This document shows, piece by piece, positions 27,151 through 41,600 of a DNA stretch of 64,000 bases. The notes beneath the pieces are model-generated. The model saw nothing but the letters and a program-made list of their open reading frames with translations. It was not told the origin of the DNA and ran no database searches. Source of the DNA: Eledone cirrhosa (taxonomy: Eukaryota); the NCBI GenBank assembly GCA_964016885.1, contig OZ024742.1, positions 63,178,001 through 63,242,000 on the forward strand, given 5' to 3'. The position numbers were made by a program, and so were the translations under genes. The first letter of the stretch is position 1; every line of letters begins with the position of its first letter.

Positions 27151-30100
27151 TTAACTTCTTACTCTCTGTCTCTCTGTCAGTCTGTGTTCTCTTAACTCCC
27201 TACTACCTGCCTCTCTGTCAGTCTGTCATCTCTTAACTTCTTACTACCTGTCTCTCTGTCAGTCTGTCATCTCTTAACTTCTTACTACCTGTCTCTCTGT
27301 CAGTCTGTCATCTCTTAACTTCTTACTACCTGTCTCTCAGTCAGTCTGTCTTCTCTTAACTTCTTACTACCTGTCTCTCAGTCAGTCTGTCTTCTCTTAA
27401 CTTCTTACTACCTGTCTCTCTGTCAGTCTGTCATCTCTTAACTTCTTAATACATGTCTCTCTGTCAGTCTGTCTTCTCTTAACTTCTTACTACCTGTCTC
27501 TCTGTCAGTCTGTCATCTCTTAACTTCTTACTACCTGTCTCTCAGTCAGTCTGTCATCTCTTAACTTTTTACTATTTGTCTCTCTTTCAGTCTCTCTTCT
27601 CTTAACTTCTTACTACCTGTCTCTCTGTCAGTCTTTCATCTCTTAACTTCTTACTACCTGTCTCTCTGTCAGTCTGTCTTCTCTTAACTTCTTACTACCT
27701 GTCTCACTGTCAGTCTGTCATCTCTTAACTTCTTACTACCTGTCTCTCTGTCAGTCTGTCATCTCTTAACTTCTTACTACCTGTCTCTCTGTCAGTCTGT
27801 CTTCTATTAACTTCTTGCTACCTGTCTCTCTGTCAGTCTGTCATCTCTTAACTTCTTACTACCTGTCTCTCTGTCAGTCTGTCATGTCTTAACTTTTTAC
27901 TATCTGTCTCTTATTCAGTCTCTCTTCTCTTAACTTCTTACTACCTGTCTCTCTGTCAGTCTGTCATCTCTTAACTTCTTACTACCTGTCTCTCTGTCAG
28001 TCTGTCATCTCTTAACTTCTAACTACCTGTCTCTCTGTCAGTTTGTCATCTCTTAACTTCTTACTACCTCTCTCTCAGTCAGTCTGTCTTCTCTTAACTT
28101 CTTACTACCTGTCTCTCTGTCAGTCTGTCTTCTCTTAAATACTTACTACCTGTCTCTCTGTCAGTCTGTCATCTCTTAACTTCTTACTACATGTCTCTCT
28201 GTCAGTCTGTCTTCTCTTAACTTCTTACTACCTGTCTCTCTGTTAGTCTGTCAATTCTTCACTTCTTACTACCTGCCTCTCTGTCAGTCTGTCTTCTCTT
28301 AACTTCTTACTACCTGTTTCTCTGTCAGTCTGTCATCTCTTAACTTCTTACTACATGTCTCTCTGTCAGTCTGTCTTCTCTTAACTTCTTACTACCTGTC
28401 TCTCTGTCAGTCTGTCTTCTCTTAACTTCTTACTACCTGTCTCTCTGTCAGTCTGTCATCTCTTAACTTCTTACTACCTGTCTCTCTGCCAGTCTGTCTT
28501 CTCTTAACTTCTTACTACCTGTCTCTCTGTCAGTCTGTCATCACTTAACTTCTTACTACCTGTCTCTCAGTCAGTCTGTCATCTCTTAACTTTTTACTAC
28601 TTGTCTCTCTTTCAGTCTCTCTTCTCTTAACTTCTTACTACCTGTCTCTCTGTCAGTCTGTCTTCTCTTAACTTCTCACTACATGTCTCTCTGTCAGTCT
28701 GTCTTCTCTTAACTTCTTACTACCTGTCTCTCTGTCAGTCTGTCATCTCTTAACTTCTTACTACCTGTCCCTCTGTCAGTCTGTCTTCTATTAACTTCTT
28801 GCTACCTGTCTCTCTGTCAGTCTGTCATGTCTTAACTTCTTACTACCTGTCTCTCTGTCAGTCTGTCATCTCTTAACTTCTTACTACCTGTCTCTCTGTC
28901 AGTCTGTCTTCGCTTAACTTCTTACTACATGTCTCTCTGTCAGTCTGTCTTCTCTTAACTTCTTACTACCTGTCTCTCTGTCAGTCTGTCATCTCTTAAC
29001 TTCTTACTCTCTGTCTCTCTGTCAGTCTGTGTTCTCTTAACTCCCTACTGCCTGCCTCTCTGTCAGTCTGTCATCTCTTAACTTCTTACTACCTGTCTCT
29101 CTGTCAGTCTGTCATCTCTTAACTTCTTACTACCTGTCTCTCTGTCAGTCTGTCATCTCTTAACTTCTTACTACCTGTCTCTCTGTCAGTCTGTCTTCTA
29201 TTAACTTCTTGCTACCTGTCTCTCTGTCAGTCTGTCATCTCTTAACTTCTTACTACCTGTCTCTCTGTCAGTCTGTCTTCTATTAACTTCTTGCTACCTG
29301 TCTCTCTGTCAGTCTGTCATCTCTTAACTTCTTACTACCTGTCTCTCTGTCAGTCTGTCATGTCTTAACTTTTTACTATCTGTCTCTTATTCAGTCTCTC
29401 TTCTCTTAACTTCTTACTACCTGTCTCTCTGTCAGTCTGTCATCTCTTAACTTCTTACTACCTGTCTCTCTGTCAGTCTGTCATCTCTTAACTTCTAACT
29501 ACCTGTCTCTCTGTCAGTTTGTCATCTCTTAACTTCTTACTACCTCTCTCTCAGTCAGTCTGTCTTCTCTTAAATACTTACTACCTGTCTCTCTGTCAGT
29601 CTGTCATCTCTTAACTTCTTACTACATGTCTCTCTGTCAGTCTGTCTTCTCTTAACTTCTTACTACCTGTCTCTCTGTTAGTCTGTCAATTCTTCACTTC
29701 TTACTACCTGCCTCTCTGTCAGTCTGTCTTCTCTTAACTTCTTACTACCTGTTTCTCTGTCAGTCTGTCATCTCTTAACTTCTTACTACATGTCTCTCTG
29801 TCAGTCTGTCTTCTCTTAACTTCTTACTACCTGTCTCTCTGTCAGTCTGTCTTCTCTTAACTTCTTACTACCTGTCTCTCTGTCAGTCTGTCATCTCTTA
29901 ACTTCTTACTACCTGTCTCTCTGCCAGTCTGTCTTCTCTTAACTTCTTACTACCTGTCTCTCTGTCAGTCTGTCATCTCTTAACTTCTTACTACCTGTCT
30001 CTCAGTCAGTCTGTCATCTCTTAACTTTTTACTACTTGTCTCTCTTTCAGTCTCTCTTCTCTTAACTTCTTACTACCTGTCTCTCTGTCAGTCTGTCTTC

Positions 30101-30799
30101 TCTTAACTTCTCACTACATGTCTCTCTGTCAGTCTGTCTTCTCTTAACTTCTTACTACCTGTCTCTCTGTCAGTCTGTCATCTCTTAACTTCTTACTACC
30201 TGTCCCTCTGTCAGTCTGTCTTCTATTAACTTCTTGCTACCTGTCTCTCTGTCAGTCTGTCATGTCTTAACTTCTTACTACCTGTCTCTCTGTCAGTCTG
30301 TCATCTCTTAACTTCTTACTACCTGTCTCTCTGTCAGTCTGTCTTCGCTTAACTTCTTACTACATGTCTCTCTGTCAGTCTGTCTTCTCTTAACTTCTTA
30401 CTACCTGTCTCTCTGTCAGTCTGTCATCTCTTAACTTCTTACTCTCTGTCTCTCTGTCAGTCTGTGTTCTCTTAACTCCCTACTACCTGCCTCTCTGTCA
30501 GTCTGTCATCTCTTAACTTCTTACTACCTGTCTCTCTGTCAGTCTGTCATCTCTTAACTTTTTACTATCTGTCTCTCATTCAGTCTCTCTTCTCTTAACT
30601 TCTTACTACCTGTCTCTCTGTCAGTCTGTCATCTCTTAACTTCTTACTACCTGTCTCTCTGTCAGTCTGTCATCTCTTAACTTCTAACTACCTGTCTCTC
30701 TGTCAGTTTGTCATCTCTTAACTTCTTACTACCTCTCTCTCAGTCAGTCTGTCTTCTTTTAACTTCTTACTACCTGTCTCTCTGTCAGTCTGTCATCTC

Positions 30800-33700
30800 T
30801 TAACTTCTTACTATATGTCTCTCTGTCAGTCTGTCTTCTCTTAACTTCTTACTACCTGTCTCTCTGTCAGTCTGTCATCTCTTAACTTCTTACTATCTGT
30901 CTCTCTGTCAGTCTGTCTTCTCTTAACTTCTTACTACCTGTCTCTCTGTTAGTCTGTCATCTCTTAACTTCTTACTACCTGTCTCTCTGTAAGTCTGTCT
31001 TCTCTTAACTTCTTACTATCTGTCTCTCTGTCAGTCTGTCTTCTCTTAAATACTTACTACCTGTCTCTCTGTTAGTCTGTCAATTCTTAACTTCTTACTA
31101 CCTGTCTCTCTGTCAGTCTGTCTTCTCTTAACTTCTTACTACCTGTCTCTCTGTCAGTCTGTCATCTCTTAACTACTTACTATCTGTCTCTCTGTCAGTC
31201 TGTGTTCTCTTAACTCCTTACTACCTGTTTCTCTGTCAGTCTGTCATCTGTTCACTTCTTACTACCTGTCTCTCTGTCAGTATGTCATCTCTTAACTTCT
31301 TACTACCTGCCTCTACGTCAGCCTGTCATCTCTTAACTTCTTACTACCTGCCTCTATGTCAGCCTGTCATCTCTTAACTTCTTACTACCTGCCTCTATGT
31401 CAGCCTGTCATCTCTTAACTTCTTACTACCTGTTTCTCTGTCAGTCTGTCTTCTCTTAACTTCTTACTACCTGTCTCTCTGTCAGTCTGTCATCTCTTAA
31501 CTTCTAACTACCTGTCTCTCTGTCAGTCTGTCATCTCTTAACTTCTTACTACCTGTCTCTCTGTCAGTCTGTCATATCTTAACTTTTTACAATCTGTCTC
31601 TCATTCAGTCTCTCTTCTCTTAACTTCTTATTACCTGTCTCTCTGTCAGTCTGTCATCTCTTAACTTCTTACTACCTGTCTCTCTGTCAGTCTGTCATCT
31701 CTTAACTTCTAACTACCTGTCTCTCTGTCAGTTTGTCATCTCTTAACTTCTTACTACCTCTCTCTCAGTCAGTCTGTCTTCTCTTAACTTCTTACTACCT
31801 GTCTCTCTGTCAGTCTGTCTTCTCTTAAATACTTACTACTTGTCTCTCTTTCAGTCTCTCTTCTCTTAACTTCTTACTACCTGTCTCTCTGTCAGTCTTT
31901 CATCTCTTAACTTCTTACTACCTGTCTCTCTGTCAGTCTGTCTTCTCTTAACTTCTTACTACATGTCTCTCTGTCAGTTTGTCTTCTTTTAACTTCTTAC
32001 TACCTGTCTCTCTGTCAGTCTGTCATCTCTTAACTGCTTACTACCTGTCTCTCTGTCAGTCTGTCATCTCTTAACTTCTTACTACCTGTCTCTCTGTCAG
32101 TCTGTCTTCTATTAACTTCTTGCTACCTGTCTCTCTGTCAGTCTGTCATGTCTTAACTTCTTACTACCTGTCTCTCTGTCAGTCTGTCATCTCTTAACTT
32201 CTTACTACCTGTCTCTCTGTCAGTCTGTCTTCTCTCAACTTCTTACTACATGTCTCTCTGTCAGTCTGTCTTCTCTTAACTTCTTACTACCTGTCTCTCT
32301 GTCAGTCTGTCATCTCTTAACTTCTTACTACCTGTCTCTCTGTCAGTCTGTCATCTCTTAACTTCTTACTACCTGTCTCTCTGTCAGTCTGTCTTCTCTC
32401 AACTTCTTACTACATGTCTCTCTGTCAGTCTGTCATCTCTTAACTTCTTACTATCTGTCTCTCTGTCAGTCTGTCATCTCTTAACTTCTTACTACCTGTC
32501 TCTCTGTCAGTCTGTCATGTCTTAACTTTTTACTATCTGTCTCTCATTCAGTCTCTCTTCTCTTAACCTCTTACTACCTGTCTCTCTGTCAGTCTGTCAT
32601 CTCTTAACTTCTTACTACCTGTCTCTCTGTCAGTCTGTCATCTCTTAACTTCTTACTACCTGTCTCTCTGTCAGTCTGTCTTCTATTAACTTCTTGCTAC
32701 CTGTCTCTCTGTCAGTCTGTCATCTCTTAACTTCTTACTACCTGTCTCTCTGTCAGTCTGTCATCTCTTAACTTTTTACTATGTGTCTCTCATTCAGTCT
32801 CTCTTCTCTTAACTTCTTACTACCTGTCTCTCTGTCAGTCTGTCATCTCTTAACTTCTTACTACCTGTCTCTCTGTCAGTCTGTCATCTCTTAACTTCTA
32901 ACTACCTGTCTCTCTGTCAGTTTGTCATCTCTTAACTTCTTACTACATCTCTCTCAGTCAGTCTGTCTTCTCTTAACTTCTTACTACCTGTCTCTCTGTC
33001 AGTCTGTCTTCTCTTAAATACTTACTACCTGTCTCTCTGTCAGTCTGTCATCTCTTAACTTCTTACTACATGTCTCTCTGTCAGTCTGTCTTCTCTTAAC
33101 TTCTTACTACCTGTCTCTCTGTTAGTCTGTCAATTCTTAACTTCTTACTACCTGCCTCTCTGTCAGTCTGCCTTCTCTTAACTTCTTACTATCTGTTTCT
33201 CTGTCAGTCTGTCATCTCTTAACTTCTTACTACATGTCTCTCTGTCAGTCTGTCTTCTCTTAACTTCTTACTACCTGTCTCTCTGTCAGTCTGTCTTCTC
33301 TTAACTTCTTACTACCTGTCTCTCTGTCAGTCTGTCATCTCTTAACTTCTTACTACATGTCTCTCTGCCAGTCTGTCTTCTCTTAACTTCTTACTACCTG
33401 TCTCTCTGTCAGTCTGTCATCTCTTAACTTCTTACTACCTGTCTCTCAGTCAGTCTGTCATCTCTTAACTTTTTACTACTTGTCTCTCTTTCAGTCTCTC
33501 TTCTCTTAACTTCTTACTACCTGTCTCTCTGTCAGTCGGTCTTCTCTTAACTTCTTACTACATGTCTCTCTGTCAGTCTGTCTTCTCTTAACTTCTTACT
33601 ACCTGTCACTCTGTCAGTCTGTCATCTCTTAACTTCTTACTACCTGTCTCTCTGTCAGTCTGTCATCTCTTAACTTCTTACTACCTGTCTCTCTGTCAGT

Positions 33701-36700
33701 CTGTCTTCTATTAACTTCTTGCTACCTGTCTCTCTGTCAGTCTGTCATGTCTTAACTTCTTACTACCTGTCTCTCTGTCAGTCTGTCATCTCTTAACTTC
33801 TTACTACCTGTCTCTCTGTCAGTCTGTCTTCGCTTAACTTCTTACTACATATCTCTCTGTCAGTCTGTCTTCTCTTAACTTCTTACTACCTGTCTCTCTG
33901 TCAGTCTGTCATCTCTTAACTTCTTACTATCTGTCTCTCTGTCAGTCTCTGTTCTCTTAACTCCTTACTACCTGCCTCTCTGTCAGTCTGTCATCTCTTA
34001 ACATCTTACTACCTGTCTCTCTGTCAGTCTGTCATCTCTTAACTTTTTACTATCTGTCTCTAATTCAGTCTCTCTTCTCTTAACTTCTTACTACCTGTCT
34101 CTCTGTCAGTCTGTCATCTCTTAACTTCTTACTACCTGTCTCTCTGTCAGTCTGTCATCTCTTAACTTCTAACTACCTGTCTCTCAGTCAGTTTGTCATC
34201 TCTTAACTTCTTACTACCTCTCTCTCAGTCAGTCTGTCTTCTCTTAACTTCTTACTACCTGTCTCTCTGTCAGTCTGTCATCTCTTAACTTCTTACTACC
34301 TGTCTCTCTGTCAGTCTGTCTTCTCTTAACTTCTTACTACCTGTCTCTCTGTCAGTCTGTCATCTCTTAACTTCTTACTATCTGTCTCTCTGTCAGTCTG
34401 TCTTCTCTTAACTTCTTACTACCTGTCTCTCTGTTAGTCTGTCATCTCTTAACTTCTTACTACCTGTCTCTCTGTAAGTCTGTCTTCTCTTAACTTCTTA
34501 CTATCTGTCTCTCTGTCAGTCTGTCTTCTCTTAAATACTTACTACCTGTCTCTCTGTTAGTCTGTCAATTCTTAACTTCTTACTACCTGTCTCTCTGTCA
34601 GTCTGTCATCTCTTAACTTCTTACTACCTGTCTCTCTGTCAGTCTGTCATCTCTTAACTTTTTACTATCTGTCTCTCATTCAGTCTCTCTTCTCTTAACT
34701 TCTTACTACCTGTCTCTCTGTCAGTCTGTCATCTCTTAACTTCTTACTACCTGTCTCTCTGGCAGTCTGTCATCTCTTAACTTCTAACTACTTGTGTCTC
34801 TGTCAGTTTGTCATCTCTTAACTTCTTACTACCTCTCTCTCAGTCAGTCTGTCTTCTCTTAACTTCTTACTACCTGTCTCTCTGTCAGTCTGTCTTCTCT
34901 TAAATACTTACTACCTGTCTCTCTGTCAGTCTGTCATCTCTTAACTTCTTACTACATGTCTCTCTGTCAGTCTGTCTTCTCTTAACTTCTTACTACCTGT
35001 CTCTCTGTTAGTCTGTCAATTCTTAACTTCTTACTACCTGCCTCTCTGTCAGTCTGCCTTCTCTTAACTTCTTACTACCTGTTTCTCTGTCAGTCTGTCA
35101 TCTCTTAACTTCTTACTACATGTCTCTCTGTCAGTCTGTCTTCTCTTAACTTCTTACTACCTGTCTCTCTGTCAGTCTGTCATCTCTTAACTTCTTACTA
35201 CCTGTCTCTCAGTCAGTCTGTCATCTCTTAACTTTTTACTACTTGTCTCTCTTTCAGTCTCTCTTCTCTTAACTTCTTACTACCTGTCTCTCTGTCAATC
35301 TGTCTTCTCTTAACTTCTTACTACATGTCTCTCTGTCAGTCTGTCTTCTCTTAACTTCTTACTACCTGTCACTCTGTCAGTCTGTCATCTCTTAACTTCT
35401 TACTACCTGTCTCTCTGTCAGTCTGTCATCTCTTAACTTCTTACTACCTGTCTCTCTGTCAGTCTGTCTTCTATTAACTTTTTGCTACCTGTCTCTCTGT
35501 CAGTCTGTCATGTCTTAACTTCTTACTACCTGTCTCTCTGTCAGTCTGTCATCTCTTAACTTCTTACTACCTGTCTCTCTGTCAGTCTGTCTTCGCTTAA
35601 CTTCTTACTACATGTCTCTCTGTCAGTCTGTCTTCTCTTAACTTCTTACTACCTGTCTCTCTGTCAGTCTGTCATCTCTTAACTTCTTACTATCTGTCTC
35701 TCTGTCAGTCTCTGTTCTCTTAACTCCTTACTACCTGCCTCTCTGTCAGTCTGTCATCTCTTAACATCTTACTACCTGTCTCTCTGTCAGTCTGTCATAT
35801 CTTAACTTTTTACTATCTGTCTCTAATTCAGTCTCTCTTCTCTTAACTTCTTACTACCTGTCTCTCTGTCAGTCTGTCATCTCTTAACTTCTTACTACCT
35901 GTCTCTCTGTCAGTCTGTCATCTCTTAACTTCTAACTACCTGTCTCTCTGTCAGTTTGTCATCTCTTAACTTCTTACTACCTCTCTCTCAGTCAGTCTGT
36001 CTTCTCTTAACTTCTTACTACCTGTCTCTCTGTCAGTCTGTCATCTCTTAACTTCTTACTACCTGTCTCTCTGTCAGTCTGTCTTCTCTTAACTTCTTAC
36101 TACCTGTCTCTCTGTCAGTCTGTCATCTCTTAACTTCTTACTATCTGTCTCTCTGTCAGTCTGTCTTCTCTTAACTTCTTACTACCTGTCTCTCTGTTAG
36201 TCTGTCATCTCTTAACTTCTTACTACCTGTCTCTCTGTAAGTCTGTCTTCTCTTAACTTCTTACTATCTGTCTCTCTGTCAGTCTGTCTTCTCTTAAATA
36301 CTTACTACCTGTCTCTCTGTTAGTCTGTCAATTCTTAACTTCTTACTACCTGTCTCTCTGTCAGTCTGTCTTCTCTTAACTTCTTACTACCTGTCTCTCT
36401 GTCAGTCTGTCATCTCTTAACTACTTACTATCTGTCTCTCTGTCAGTCTGTGTTCTCTTAACTCCTTACTACCTGTTTCTCTGTCAGTCTGTCATCTGTT
36501 CACTTCTTACTACCTGTCTCTCTGTCAGTATGTCATCTCTTAACTTCTTACTACCTGCCTCTACGTCAGCCTGTCATCTCTTAACTTCTTACTACCTGCC
36601 TCTATGTCAGCCTGTCATCTCTTAACTTCTTACTACCTGCCTCTATGTCAGCCTGTCATCTCTTAACTTCTTACTACCTGTTTCTCTGTCAGTCTGTCTT

Positions 36701-39700
36701 CTCTTAACTTCTTACTACCTGTCTCTCTGTCAGTCTGTCATCTCTTAACTTCTAACTACCTGTCTCTCTGTCAGTCTGTCATCTCTTAACTTCTTACTAC
36801 CTGTCTCTCTGTCAGTCTGTCATATCTTAACTTTTTACAATCTGTCTCTCATTCAGTCTCTCTTCTCTTAACTTCTTATTACCTGTCTCTCTGTCAGTCT
36901 GTCATCTCTTAACTTCTTACTACCTGTCTCTCTGTCAGTCTGTCATCTCTTAACTTCTAACTACCTGTCTCTCTGTCAGTTTGTCATCTCTTAACTTCTT
37001 ACTACCTCTCTCTCAGTCAGTCTGTCTTCTCTTAACTTCTTACTACCTGTCTCTCTGTCAGTCTGTCTTCTCTTAAATACTTACTACTTGTCTCTCTTTC
37101 AGTCTCTCTTCTCTTAACTTCTTACTACCTGTCTCTCTGTCAGTCTTTCATCTCTTAACTTCTTACTACCTGTCTCTCTGTCAGTCTGTCTTCTCTTAAC
37201 TTCTTACTACATGTCTCTCTGTCAGTTTGTCTTCTTTTAACTTCTTACTACCTGTCTCTCTGTCAGTCTGTCATCTCTTAACTGCTTACTACCTGTCTCT
37301 CTGTCAGTCTGTCATCTCTTAACTTCTTACTACCTGTCTCTCTGTCAGTCTGTCTTCTATTAACTTCTTGCTACCTGTCTCTCTGTCAGTCTGTCATGTC
37401 TTAACTTCTTACTACCTGTCTCTCTGTCAGTCTGTCATCTCTTAACTTCTTACTACCTGTCTCTCTGTCAGTCTGTCTTCTCTCAACTTCTTACTACATG
37501 TCTCTCTGTCAGTCTGTCTTCTCTTAACTTCTTACTACCTGTCTCTCTGTCAGTCTGTCATCTCTTAACTTCTTACTATCTGTCTCTCTGTCAGTCTGTC
37601 ATCTCTTAACTTCTTACTACCTGTCTCTCTGTCAGTCTGTCATGTCTTAACTTTTTACTATCTGTCTCTCATTCAGTCTCTCTTCTCTTAACCTCTTACT
37701 ACCTGTCTCTCTGTCAGTCTGTCATCTCTTAACTTCTTACTACCTGTCTCTCTGTCAGTCTGTCATCTCTTAACTTCTTACTACCTGTCTCTCTGTCAGT
37801 CTGTCTTCTATTAACTTCTTGCTACCTGTCTCTCTGTCAGTCTGTCATCTCTTAACTTCTTACTACCTGTCTCTCTGTCAGTCTGTCATCTCTTAACTTT
37901 TTACTATCTGTCTCTCATTCAGTCTCTCTTCTCTTAACTTCTTACTACCTGTCTCTCTGTCAGTCTGTCATCTCTTAACTTCTTACTACCTGTCTCTCTG
38001 TCAGTCTGTCATCTCTTAACTTCTAACTACCTGTCTCTCTGTCAGTTTGTCATCTCTTAACTTCTTACTACATCTCTCTCAGTCAGTCTGTCTTCTCTTA
38101 ACTTCTTACTACCTGTCTCTCTGTCAGTCTGTCTTCTCTTAAATACTTACTACCTGTCTCTCTGTCAGTCTGTCATCTCTTAACTTCTTACTACATGTCT
38201 CTCTGTCAGTCTGTCTTCTCTTAACTTCTTACTACCTGTCTCTCTGTTAGTCTGTCAATTCTTAACTTCTTACTACCTGCCTCTCTGTCAGTCTGCCTTC
38301 TCTTAACTTCTTACTACCTGTTTCTCTGTCAGTCTGTCATCTCTTAACTTCTTACTACATGTCTCTCTGTCAGTCTGTCTTCTCTTAACTTCTTACTACC
38401 TGTCTCTCTGTCAGTCTGTCTTCTCTTAACTTCTTACTACCTGTCTCTCTGTCAGTCTGTCATCTCTTAACTTCTTACTACATGTCTCTCTGCCAGTCTG
38501 TCTTCTCTTAACTTCTTACTACCTGTCTCTCTGTCAGTCTGTCATCTCTTAACTTCTTACTACCTGTCTCTCAGTCAGTCTCACATCTCTTAACTTTTTA
38601 CTACTTGTCTCTCTTTCAGTCTCTCTTCTCTTAACTTCTTACTACCTGTCTCTCTGTCAGTCTGTCTTCTCTTAACTTCTTACTACATGTCTCTCTGTCA
38701 GTCTGTCTTCTCTTAACTTCTTACTACCTGTCACTCTGTCAGTCTGTCATCTCTTAACTTCTTACTACCTGTCTCTCTGTCAGTCTGTCATCTCTTAACT
38801 TCTTACTACCTGTCTCTCTGTCAGTCTGTCTTCTATTAACTTCTTGCTACCTGTCTCTCTGTCAGTCTGTCATGTCTTAACTTCTTACTACCTGTCTCTC
38901 TGTCAGTCTGTCATCTCTTAACTTCTTACTACCTGTCTCTCTGTCAGTCTGTCTTCGCTTAACTTCTTACTACATATCTCTCTGTCAGTCTGTCTTCTCT
39001 TAACTTCTTACTACCTGTCTCTCTGTCAGTCTGTCATCTCTTAACTTCTTACTATCTGTCTCTCTGTCAGTCTCTGTTCTCTTAACTCCTTACTACCTGC
39101 CTCTCTGTCAGTCTGTCATCTCTTAACATCTTACTACCTGTCTCTCTGTCAGTCTGTCATCTCTTAACTTTTTACTATCTGTCTCTAATTCAGTCTCTCT
39201 TCTCTTAACTTCTTACTACCTGTCTCTCTGTCAGTCTGTCATCTCTTAACTTCTTACTACCTGTCTCTCTGTCAGTCTGTCATCTCTTAACTTCTAACTA
39301 CCTGTCTCTCAGTCAGTTTGTCATCTCTTAACTTCTTACTACCTCTCTCTCAGTCAGTCTGTCTTCTCTTAACTTCTTACTACCTGTCTCTCTGTCAGTC
39401 TGTCATCTCTTAACTTCTTACTACCTGTCTCTCTGTCAGTCTGTCTTCTCTTAACTTCTTACTACCTGTCTCTCTGTCAGTCTGTCATCTCTTAACTTCT
39501 TACTATCTGTCTCTCTGTCAGTCTGTCTTCTCTTAACTTCTTACTACCTGTCTCTCTGTTAGTCTGTCATCTCTTAACTTCTTACTACCTGTCTCTCTGT
39601 AAGTCTGTCTTCTCTTAACTTCTTACTATCTGTCTCTCTGTCAGTCTGTCTTCTCTTAAATACTTACTACCTGTCTCTCTGTTAGTCTGTCAATTCTTAA

Positions 39701-41600
39701 CTTCTTACTACCTGTCTCTCTGTCAGTCTGTCATCTCTTAACTTCTTACTACCTGTCTCTCTGTCAGTCTGTCATCTCTTAACTTTTTACTATCTGTCTC
39801 TCATTCAGTCTCTCTTCTCTTAACTTCTTACTACCTGTCTCTCTGTCAGTCTGTCATCTCTTAACTTCTTACTACCTGTCTCTCTGGCAGTCTGTCATCT
39901 CTTAACTTCTAACTACTTGTGTCTCTGTCAGTTTGTCATCTCTTAACTTCTTACTACCTCTCTCTGTCAGTCTGTCTTCTCTTAACTTCTTACTACCTGT
40001 CTCTCTGTCAGTCTGTCTTCTCTTAAATACTTACTACCTGTCTCTCTGTCAGTCTGTCATCTCTTAACTTCTTACTACATGTCTCTCTGTCAGTCTGTCT
40101 TCTCTTAACTTCTTACTACCTGTCTCTCTGTTAGTCTGTCAATTCTTAACTTCTTACTACCTGCCTCTCTGTCAGTCTGCCTTCTCTTAACTTCTTACTA
40201 CCTGTTTCTCTGTCAGTCTGTCATCTCTTAACTTCTTACTACATGTCTCTCTGTCAGTCTGTCTTCTCTTAACTTCTTACTACCTGTCTCTCTGTCAGTC
40301 TGTCTTCTCTTAACTTCTTACTACCTGTCTCTCTGTCAGTCTGTCATCTCTTAACTTCTTACTACATGTCTCTCTGCCAGTCTGTCTTCTCTTAACTTCT
40401 TACTACCTGTCTCTCTGTCAGTCTGTCATCTCTTAACTTCTTACTACCTGTCTCTCAGTCAGTCTGTCATCTCTTAACTTTTTACTACTTGTCTCTCTTT
40501 CAGTCTCTCTTCTCTTAACTTCTTACTACCTGTCTCTCTGTCAATCTGTCTTCTCTTAACTTCTTACTACATGTCTCTCTGTCAGTCTGTCTTCTCTTAA
40601 CTTCTTACTACCTGTCACTCTGTCAGTCTGTCATCTCTTAACTTCTTACTACCTGTCTCTCTGTCAGTCTGTCATCTCTTAACTTCTTACTACCTGTCTC
40701 TCTGTCAGTCTGTCTTCTATTAACTTCTTGCTACCTGTCTCTCTGTCAGTCTGTCATGTCTTAACTTCTTACTACCTGTCTCTCTGTCAGTCTGTCATCT
40801 CTTAACTTCTTACTACCTGTCTCTCTGTCAGTCTGTCTTCGCTTAACTTCTTACTACATGTCTCTCTGTCAGTCTGTCTTCTCTTAACTTCTTACTACCT
40901 GTCTCTCTGTCAGTCTGTCATCTCTTAACTTCTTACTATCTGTCTCTCTGTCAGTCTCTGTTCTCTTAACTCCTTACTACCTGCCTCTCTGTCAGTCTGT
41001 CATCTCTTAACATCTTACTACCTGTCTCTCTGTCAGTCTGTCATCTCTTAACTTTTTACTATCTGTCTCTAATTCAGTCTCTCTTCTCTTAACTTCTTAC
41101 TACCTGTCTCTCTGTCAGTCTGTCATCTCTTAACTTCTTACTACCTGTCTCTCTGTCAGTCTGTCATCTCTTAACTTCTAACTACCTGTCTCTCTGTCAG
41201 TTTGTCATCTCTTAACTTCTTACTACCTCTCTCTCAGTCAGTCTGTCTTCTCTTAACTTCTTACTACCTGTCTCTCTGTCAGTCTGTCATCTCTTAACTT
41301 CTTACTACCTGTCTCTCTGTCAGTCTGTCTTCTCTTAACTTCTTACTACCTGTCTCTCTGTCAGTCTGTCATCTCTTAACTTCTTACTATCTGTCTCTCT
41401 GTCAGTCTGTCTTCTCTTAACTTCTTACTACCTGTCTCTCTGTTAGTCTGTCATCTCTTAACTTCTTACTACCTGTCTCTCTGTAAGTCTGTCTTCTCTT
41501 AACTTCTTACTATCTGTCTCTCTGTCAGTCTGTCTTCTCTTAAATACTTACTACCTGTCTCTCTGTTAGTCTGTCAATTCTTAACTTCTTACTACCTGTC
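30800..41600. repeat. Intra-satellite duplication, 5,125-5,248-bp (125-128-monomer) offset
   Basis: AACTACTTAC at 31,171/36,419 and AACTTTTTACAATC at 31,581/36,829 (offset 5,248); AACCTC at 32,565/37,690 and GGCAG at 34,761/39,886 (offset 5,125). Confidence 0.85.
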
